Origin: Macrostomum lignano
Taxonomy: Eukaryota
Direction of reading: 5' to 3'
Assembly (NCBI GenBank): GCA_002269645.1
Contig: NIVC01004751.1
Span: forward strand, 1-36,163
DNA length: 36,163 nucleotides
Shown: positions 8,904 through 17,530 of the stretch, piece after piece
Layout of the letters: the number at the start of each line of letters is the position of its first letter
Position numbering within the stretch: the first letter of the stretch is position 1
Made by a program: the position numbers and the translations under genes
Notes under the pieces: generated by a model
Seen by the model: the letters and a program-made list of their open reading frames with translations, nothing else
Told to the model about the DNA's origin: nothing
Database searches by the model: none

Positions 8904-9774
8904 ATGGAAGCGATTGCTGAAAGACTAAATAATATTATTTCGCACTCCAAGGAGAGCATTCCTATTACAATAACTGGGCGAATTAATGACTCAAACGGGA
9001 TATTTATTCAAAAATTAGAGCAGACAATTCGCCTGGATCCAGGTGCTAATTACCATGTCTATCCTAACGACTTCACTGGTTGGTCAAACGTTCCCAATGT
9101 GTCGGCGACAAATAATAAGTTTTATTACAAATGGAAAGGTGCAGCAGCAGAACCTGTGGTATTCCCTGTTAGCACGCAAAGTGTGGATACCTACAATTAC
9201 TTTCTAGAAAACGTCTTTACTAAAAGAGGCCATTTTGAGACACCTGATGCGAGTAAGCCAGATAAAAAACTGTTCCCTGTCAAACTATCCTATGATCTCA
9301 CTGTAATGAGAGTGGTCATGCAAGTTCACAAAGATGCGGAGGTTGAGTTTAAAGATGACACTTGGTATAGGGAATTGGGATTCGAGAAGAAAGTTTATAA
9401 GGCAGAATCCGCGGCGCGGACCGGCACTCAAGCGACGGGGGCCGTTATCATGGGCCATGGCCCGGGAAAGTGTACGCGGTTTGTTCTTAGCACCCAATAT
9501 TGCAGACATTGTAAAGGGTTTGAATATTCTAATCAGAAGTAATCTCAGTCTTGATTGGGTATTTAAGGGAAAGCGAACTAATATTTTGTACAACATCTCC
9601 AACTCTGTTGCTGGAGGACAGATGATGGTAGAGAAACCAAATCCAGTGAAAAGAGTTTTGCTAAGTAATAAGGAGATTCACGAGATTGTGCTACAGTTTG
9701 AGACTGAAGATGGGGTAGGTGTTGATTTCAACGGTGAAGAGTTTGTATTGACGTTGATCATTGAGAGAATGTAA
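8904..9774 (+). pseudogene. Minor capsid protein (penton, single jelly-roll), one frameshift at ~9410-9490
   Basis: N-terminal frame: IRLDPGANY, SNVPNVSATNNKFYY, ELGF. C-terminal frame: ILIRSNL, TNILY, VEKPNP, IHEIVLQFETEDGVGVDFNGEEFVLTL. Typical Polinton mCP pattern. Confidence 0.87.
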
Positions 9775-9778
9775 GAAA

Positions 9779-10018
9779 TTACAATTGCTTAATGATTTCT
9801 GCAGAGTTATAGTAGCTGTCATAATCTTTTACGTAGGTTACTCCATACTTATGAAACCAGTGTCTTTGGAGAGCTTGATTAATATTAGGGACATTGATAT
9901 CAACGTCAGGCCAATATTTTCTCATGTACTCGCGGCATTCAAGTTTGCATCGGTACTTGGATTTGTACAATGGATTAGGCTGAGTATAATAAGAACCTGG
10001 AGAGACAACTGGAAACAT
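9779..10018 (-). CDS. Small Tyr-rich hypothetical protein, 79 aa
   Basis: TAAAAA-ATG start like other element genes; tail-to-tail with the penton gene (4-nt gap). Confidence 0.55.
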   Translation of the reverse strand: MFPVVSPGSYYTQPNPLYKSKYRCKLECREYMRKYWPDVDINVPNINQALQRHWFHKYGVTYVKDYDSYYNSAEIIKQL

Positions 10019-10225
10019 TTTTTATTGAGAATTTAATTTTTTTCAAAGGGTAAGGACCCTGCGCTGATGATTTAAAGTCTTAGGGATCTGGTTTCGCGTT
10101 GCAAATTGAATGTGGGGAGAAGAATGCAGATTCTTTTCTGATTGTTTCGAACATGCTATGGGTGGATGTCAGTGGATTATGTCTGTGTCAATGAGCATAA
10201 CAGGTGTCAGTGGACACTTGTTATG

Positions 10226-10487
10226 CTCTGATTCTGTCAGGGATAATATGGATGGATTTAATAGGATTATGTTCGAAGTTTTCGGAGCAAGTGCGACCCC
10301 CTTTTTTCTGATTCTGTCAGGGATAATATGGATGGATTTAGGTGGATTATGGAGGACGTTTTGTGAGCGAGTGCGACCCCCCCTTTTTTTCTGATTCTGT
10401 CAGGGATAATATGGATAGATTTAGGTGGATTATGGAGGAGGTGAAAAATTTTGTCCCAGAAGCCCCCTCATGCCTTCTACTAGTACT
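10226..10487. repeat. Subterminal ~80-83 bp tandem repeats and probable element terminus (part of the TIR)
   Basis: CTGATTCTGTCAGGGATAATATGGAT(G/A)GATTTA at 10228, 10308 and 10391; terminal CTACTAGTACT. Confidence 0.8.
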
Positions 10488-11056
10488 CAAACAGAACTAC
10501 AGACGGAGAAAGTGAAAACAGAGCCCAGCAAATTACCCCTTGGTTTTTCGCGTCTGTGCCTTACATGAAGCTAGCGGTGCAGCTGAGGTCAAAATGAGCC
10601 AGTGATCTGACAGCCCCTGGCAGACTCAGCATCAGGGTGAGCCAGCTGTAACAGAGCAGTGTGACGGAGTAATGGAACAAGCAAAGTAGCTGACAGCGTG
10701 CTTTGACAGACAAGCAATGCCAGACTGAGCGGACATTGACATTTTGCAGGTGAGCAGGCAGTGATCTAAGCAAGCAATTCGATGGAAACCTAATCTACAG
10801 CAGCGTAGCTATAAATAGAATACGGAAAAAGGCTGGATATATAAGCTGGATAGATATATGCAATGCGATTTCGAGTTGCATGCAGCTAATAACGGAACGT
10901 CACAAGACGTACGTTTAGTTCAAGCTGGATCACTGTGTCTGTACATTCTGTGTTAGCCCGATATGTTTCAACTTAAGGGAAAAATTGCTTTCACCCGAAC
11001 AGGAAACTAAATTGAAAAACTTGGGCTGAAGCTATTATTGCAATCCCGCGGGCCTC

Positions 11057-12510
11057 TTACTGCTTGCCGTGAGTGCTCCTGCCTTTGTCGCCGCTCACGC
11101 AGTCCTCCGTGGCCTTCTTGTCAGTCACGGACTCGCGACCCTCCCTGCAGCGGCCTCTCTCTTTCCCCGGGCCAAATCGCTCCCGGTGCTGACCGGTAAA
11201 GCCTTTGACGTCCGTTAGGCGAGATGTGGCCTCGTCTTTGGATACTACCTGTGGCGAATGGGTGACTCAGCTTACATGTATTTTCTGGAGGGGTGAGTCT
11301 TCTACTGAGGTAAATATATGCATCCAGGGTAATTTGGATTGACATAAAACCATTGGGCATAGGTTGCGCATGCAAATATGTTTAGTTCTTCATATTCAAA
11401 AGCTTCACAAGCTCAAGGTTTTACGAGATTTATAGAACTAGGTCAGATAATACTATACACATATAGGGTACGAACGTATGTACGAATTGTGTAGAATCGA
11501 CCTTAACCAAATGCCAATAAAAAGTTTGTCACACAACCCTTTAACGTACGCAATGCTACACGTATATCAGCTCTCAGGTTTAGCCGCCAGCTATGGACAG
11601 GTACTATATCAGGTACAGGCGTACATGTGTCAGCTATGGACAGGTACTATATTCGGTACAGTATGTACACTTTTATCAGCAATGCACGTTAATACGGTAT
11701 ATCAGGTGCAGTAAATTAATATCAGCCATTGCAGGCTGGAACTGCCGATTCTCACCGTAACCCCATGAGCCACCGGTCTGGAAGCCGCGATGCGCACCCG
11801 CAGCAGCGCCTCGGTCGCTGAGGCACTCTCGACTTTTCGCCGTCTCTCAGCCTCCTTGCAGAATTGGCCGAGGAAGCTGCAGAACTGATCGAATGTGAGG
11901 TCGCTGTGGGATTGGTTTGCTGAACGGATTGAACCGGGTCTTTAAAAGGTAAAAAGCTCGCTAAGCTTTGATATCCCCGGTGAAACTGAACTTGGATGCT
12001 TGGCAAGCGGCTTGGGATACGGTTTCTGAAGGGCTTAATTGTTTTTAACAAGGAAAAGTGATCCCACCTCGATTTGATATATCAGTGCATATATATATTG
12101 TAAGAAGAACGAAATACTTCGTAGACGCATCCACATAGGCACTATAAACTCAGGAATTTCAACGTACGAGTAGTTTCAGGGGTTTTATGACATTTTTCGA
12201 AACTAGTTCCTGAAAGTTTCGACCACTGTGTTCGCTTGGCGTGTTTTACTGGACTCAAATAAAAATCAGTTAACTTGTTGCCTTTACTTAAAAAGTTTTC
12301 TCATTGCAAATGCATGGGTGCTCACCCCTTTAATTTCTCCCTGCCCTTGAATGCAGCAACAGCAATGTCCATGTCACAGGAAGTGAGTGAGAGCATATCA
12401 AAGACACCTGCGTCCATGAACAGCTTCTTTAAAACCTTGTCGCTGGCTTTTTCCGAGCCCTTCTTTTGCGAGTTGCAGAAGGCGAGAAAACTCAAAAGCA
12501 GCTCGGACAT
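11057..12510 (-). CDS. TPPP: TPPP/p25-alpha family tubulin polymerization-promoting protein, 174 aa, 3 exons
   Basis: Exons 12510-12326, 11903-11756 and 11248-11057; GT-AG, phases 2 and 0 consistent. Motifs DMDIAV..FK, LTFDQF, RLTDVKGFTGQHRERF. Confidence 0.85.
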
Positions 12511-13481
12511 AGCGAGTTGGCACCCACTGGCCTAATTTTCACAATAAGAGCCGAAAAATATTAACTGTAGATAGCAGGGCCAGGGTTGATTGACTGCAAA
12601 TAGCTTCAGGCCTATTGCAGTGCTGAACTTTGCAGCCAAGGCTTAATAAGGACACTATCGCTCCAATGGTCAATCATGAAGGAGGGAAGGGTGCGAACGA
12701 AGCGAAGCAAATAGGGAAGGCAAGGAAGGTAGTACAGGACTTGCACGCTGTTTAGATGAAGCAGCATCCCTAAGTGTTAGAACTGTGTTCCGCGGCTTGT
12801 GCGCTCATTTATACGAGCGAATGCACATCGATTTTCCGACCCAGATTCCAATTTGGAAGCGTTTTGGGGAGAAGACAGATAGGAGAGACATGCAGATGCA
12901 TGTACCTGTAGATCTTATGCCCGTAAAGGCGCATACAGAATTGTGTGTGCAGTGTAAATTCTTCTAAACATGCACTTATATGTACATCAGCGCATGTACG
13001 TTTAATAGATATGTTTAATAGATTTAAAAAATACGTCGTAAAAGCGCTGTCCGTCAGTTCAAAAAGACAGTGCACGCTTGTCCTCGCCGCAAAGTGCCTG
13101 CAGCGTCAGCAACAGCCCCTCAGCACCGATTGTGATTGCGGACTCGGCGCGGATGATATAGTCTGCAACCTGGAGTCGCCGACGACGCAACAGGTCGCTC
13201 GGATGGAATTGCTAGGCCGGCGCGGTGACGTAATGCCGCGTCGAAAACTCGCTCGTTGCCGAACAACTTATTTGAGGATAAGATCAGATAAGGGATAATT
13301 CCAACTGCGTCTTTCCTTCGTTGAATTTTATTGCGCTACGACATGTAATAGTAGAATTTTTCACAAAACACTGCGCTGGCAGTCGGTGCGATATCTTTAC
13401 GTTTCTGGTTTGTGGCCATGTACTCGATTGATCAGATCTTAAAAATCGTAAAGAACAAAGAAAAAAAGAAAAAGCTGTATC

Positions 13482-15240
13482 CGCAGAGCCGAGTCCTGGG
13501 CCAATGACAATGGTTTGGAACTCTCTGAGCCCAAAACTGTTGCCATTATGTTCACCAGTAGAATACGCTGGAACATAAGGCCTCTGCAGCTGCTATACGG
13601 CAGAAATATCACCTTCACGCAACAGACCAGATGTCTCGGTGTCATACCAGCAGCTCAACTGGTCCTTCCACGTGAAATGAAAAACCAAGCGGGCCTCGGC
13701 CATCCTGGCCCAGCTCCGACGAGCACTTGGCACTTCCTAGGGTTTATCCACAAAGCGACTTCGGTGGATCTACACTCCAGGAGTTAGACCTGCCATTACG
13801 TACGCTTCTGTTGTCTAGGTTAGCGCCACTTAGGTCTATAGCCACGCAGCTTTGCTCAACACGATCCAGGGCAGAGCGTGTAGGCTTATCTGCAACGCCA
13901 CTAGGTCCACGCCCTTTGCCGGTGTTAGAGTTTAGGATCTCCGCGTTTTAGGGTCTCCGGCCCGGAGATCACAAACTGAAAATTGTGTCATTTTAAGATC
14001 GCCCACACGGGAAGAGGAAGAGGTACGGGATAAGATCCGCAGCCTTCACTCGCAAGGAAGTCACGTGGGTGTCAACAGCACAGTGAGCCTTTTTACTGCA
14101 CGATACTATGCTGACATCCCCGTCACACCGATTGCCAAGGCAGTGGTCGAGTCTTGTGACTGGTGCGAGCTGGTCACACCGTGGGAGCAGCTGGGGTTCA
14201 GGATCTGAAGCGAGGGGACAGAGTTAGGCTTTGCAATCTTCGCAGGGACGATCGGAAGGGTGGTAAGATGCGATACACTTGGAGTCAGCAAGTCTACGAG
14301 TACATCGTGACCAGGTGTCTTGGTCAAAACGTGTACAGGCTAGGAGGACTAACCAGGTGTGTCAATGGGAAACACCTCAAGAGATGCTTCCTCCAAGCAC
14401 CGGCTGAAAGTGCATCACCGGTTTTTCACTAAGCGGACATTTACTTCATTACTTTAACAGTAAACAGTTTTCCATTTAAATACACAGTTGTGCGAGCATA
14501 TACATATAAAACTAATGCTACGTTGATGATAAAAATGCCTTTCCACTTCTTATACATGTACGCGTTCAATACCATGACCATTGGTTTTACACAAATGGGG
14601 GGGGAGATCGGAAACCGGAGATCCTAAACCAGGACTTTGTTTTTGCGGCCCTGACGGAGAGCTGAAACTGGTTTAGAGTCTCCTGGGGGGAGATCAGAAA
14701 CTGGTTTAAGATCTCCGGGTGCGGAGACCTGAAAATGCCCCGGAGACCCTTAAACGGTTTCAGATCTCCTACCCCGGAGACCCATAACCGTTAGAAGTCT
14801 CCAGGGGAGATCCTAAACGGTTTAGGGTCTCCGGGCGGAGATCCTAAACCGTTTAGGGTCTCCGCCCCGGACACCCTAAACTGACCGGACCCCCGGAGAT
14901 CCTAAACCATAACACCTGCCTTCCTTAAGGGTTAGGGCCTTCCTTAATCTACCGCCTCTTGACCTCTTGGTCAGGAGTGAAGCGGCTAGAACGACGCTGC
15001 GTCTACTAGATTCTGGCGTCGAATTCCTCTACATGAGAGCACCTGCTAAGTGGAACCTCGTCCCGCATATTGACCTGTTGCCTTAATGTTCTCAACGAGT
15101 GTCAGGTCAATAATCTGAGACAACGCTACTCCGTAGCTATCGACCCGCGCGATACCGTAATGACCACTGGAACCCTGTTGAGCTCCACTGCTACACCGAC
15201 GGTTCTAAGCAGTCCGTCAACACCGGTTTGGTGCTGGAAT
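13482..15240 (+). mobile_element. Decayed non-LTR retrotransposon (RT C-terminus/thumb + RNase H; LOA/R1/I-like), split by the Ginger-like insertion
   Basis: WANDNGLELSEPKTVAIMF, CLGVI, LNWSFHV, WIYT.GVRPAITYASVV, IQGRAC..TRSTPFAG | AFLNLPPLDLLVRSEAA, then HCYTDGSK (RNase H) at ~15186-15209. Several stops. Confidence 0.85.
13923..14914 (+). mobile_element. Non-autonomous Ginger-like DNA transposon (TGT...ACA termini, TIRs, Gypsy-type integrase C-terminal remnant)
   Basis: 21-bp TIRs 19/21 identical (TGTTAGAGTTTAGGATCTCCG and 14894-14914). Subterminal arrays of GGAGA(T/C)CCTAAAC in both orientations. 14163-14432 encodes LKRGDRVRL...RKGGK...W...Y...VNGKHLK. CCGG target site. Confidence 0.8.
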
Positions 15241-15536
15241 CTCTTCTGGAAGCTGGAAATCTTGTGTGACGGAGAGGAAAGATCATGAGGTCCTTTCATA
15301 TTTTGTGCTTCTTCCTCCATATTCACTTTGATTCGCAATTCCAACCCCACCCCATGGGTAAGAACGGGTGGGAAGGGGTTGCTTGAGTGAACATCATCAG
15401 CCATAGGATTCTGTGCCCGTGGGCATCCCACGGAACTTTTGCTCCTTCCAGCTGTGATCTGTACTGTACAAAGAAAACTTGTATTGAAATAATAAGTTGC
15501 GAGTTTTTCCTCATTTTCAAAGCAGAGAGATTTTTC

Positions 15537-15746
15537 CTAGCTAATTTTTGTTCTTGACAGAGTAAGATGGCGCCTGATGGCACGCTGGGAGACCTGAATT
15601 TCGCTACTAATTTCAGCAACACTTCTTTTCTCTAAGTAAAACTTTGACAGGACATCAATACGCTGCTTGTCTGTCAGACGACCTCTAATCTCATTTGCAA
15701 GCTTCGTGAAATTGCTGCTAATCTCTCTATTTAACTCGTAATCGTA
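15537..15746 (-). pseudogene. Helix-turn-helix fragment, probably a transposase remnant
   Basis: 69-aa open frame without Met: LTDKQRIDVLSKFYLEKRSVAEISSEIQVSQRAIRRHL, with sigma-r4/Tc1-type HTH spacing. Confidence 0.45.
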
Positions 15747-17530
15747 TTAAACAATGGAATGTCTTGTTGATGGGAAAATATCCTAATAAAAAGGCGTTGG
15801 TTGCCATTAAACTATTGGGAGAAAAATTTCAAGGTGGAGACCGAATAAGCTGGCGGGGCAACCTCTCCAAACAACCCACCAAACAACGTTCAAACTTAGT
15901 CTTCCCCAGTTAATGGCTCAGCCAATGGCGAACGAGTTACACACAGATTCTCGCGAGAATTGAGCCTTTCCTCGCGAACCCAACTGTAGCTGTTGGCGAC
16001 ACCGGGGAACCTCCCTGGGGGGTGCCAACCCTTCGTTCATAGCGAAGCGTCGGCCTTTCAAGGATTAGTGGAGTGGGCGTCCGCGCCTTCCCGCTGTCCC
16101 CTCCGGGACAGTCCTGCAGTTAAGTCAAGTAAGTCGATCAAGATATTCCGTTGCGTAGCGCGAGAGCCATAAATTTGTAATACATGTACATGCATGATGG
16201 TGGCTGTCGGGGTTTGCCCAACATATTTAGTAGCCTATAAAACGGACGGATATCTAATATACTAGTACGCTCTTGCTAAAATTGGTTTGTCTCATTTATA
16301 TAGGTAGGAATGCGTATGATTTGAGAAAAATGGCTGAACCGATTTTCAAGAAACTTTACTCAGAGAATGTACCGTAATAGCTGTTAGACTCAAACGTGCA
16401 CATGTACTTTGAAGTGTTTAAATAAGTTTCAAGCTACATGTACGAGTACATCCGCTAGGCTTTGCTGTGTATCGGGTGTTTCGCTTAACCTGTGAACTCC
16501 AGCTCAATCCAATATGCTAAAAAAGCTTTATTCATTTGCACTGGCTTTTTGTACGCCCGTACATTCCACATTGTATATCCCTCGCCTAGTTAAAAATATA
16601 AGTTTGGACTGGACCAGTTTGAGACTCGAAGGTTCTTGACTAGCGTAATTTACTGATTTGCATCACAGGCTGGTCAAAATAACAGGAGGGGTTAAACAAG
16701 CTCAAAATAATCTTTAGCCAGTTTCCGCGGGCGAAATCACATACTCGTAAAGTATCTAATCATTGGCATGGTACGAGTATTTTAAAGCTGTAACCGAATG
16801 CAGACAGACGCTCATGCCATTCAGTTGATACTTCAACTCTGCACTTGATATTTACGAGCGTACGCTCGTAAAAGCGGAAAAAAGAGAAGTAAAAAAATTA
16901 CTACTAATAATCAAAAGTATGAAACTGTTAGCTCGTATTAACTCTGCGTGTTCTATCAACAAAGCGGATGAATTTCAGTGTATTATTTGCTTATCTGACA
17001 CGCCCTTCAATGCAAGCCACAAATAATTGAATGCGACATTGAAAGTACTAAACTATCAGCCCAGACTCATTTAGAACTTCATCATAAGTGCAGCAGAAGT
17101 CTCTCAAAGTGGCAAAACAACTTACATTTACAGGAGTTTGAGCACAATGCATGAATGTAGCGGAATTTACAAAACACACAGAAAGCGCACACATGCTGAA
17201 GACGAAATGTGGATACAGTCGAATTTCAATGGAAAACTTTCTCTGAACGAAAATAGATCTGCTGGACATGAATGCCCTAAAAATAATCAACGACATTCTT
17301 GGCGTGAGCAAAAACCCACAGAATCTAAAATAAATCGTAGAATACACGGACACCACACGGACGAGTCTATTACTTGCTTTCGAATTGGCGCTGGGACAGT
17401 GGGTATGGAACACTCAGATTCAACTTGATGTTAGCCTGCAAACTGTAAATTACCTACAAGGATCACTGCCTAAATCGCCACCTGAGCTCATTCTCACCTG
17501 AGCTCATTCTTTGGCATTCACCATCGCTGT

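Larger units (their letters stand above)
1..10487. mobile_element. Polinton/Maverick (adintovirus-like) endogenous dsDNA virus/transposon, right-hand part; left end beyond the window
   Basis: Intronless, tightly packed cluster of pPolB, adenain-like protease, A32/FtsK-type ATPase, major and minor capsid genes. Ends in tandem repeats and CTACTAGTACT (10477-10487), matching the AG...CT termini of Polintons. Terminus could be 10481 or 10487. Confidence 0.93.

Noticed and set aside
10055-10110. Hammerhead ribozyme at CTGATGA
   Set aside because: No stem II-GAAA on the same strand.
10226-10440. Regularly spaced repeats as a CRISPR array
   Set aside because: The spacers are similar to each other, the context is eukaryotic and no cas genes are present; these are tandem subterminal repeats.
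1-10487. Integrase-less element
   Set aside because: The left part is outside the window, so absence cannot be judged.
10565-10795. Possible minus-strand host exon (implying an intronic Polinton insertion)
   Set aside because: Donor- and acceptor-like sites exist, but no frame gives a recognisable protein and no partner exon was found.
17048-17430. Overlapping ORFs on both strands
   Set aside because: No recognisable motifs or splice support.
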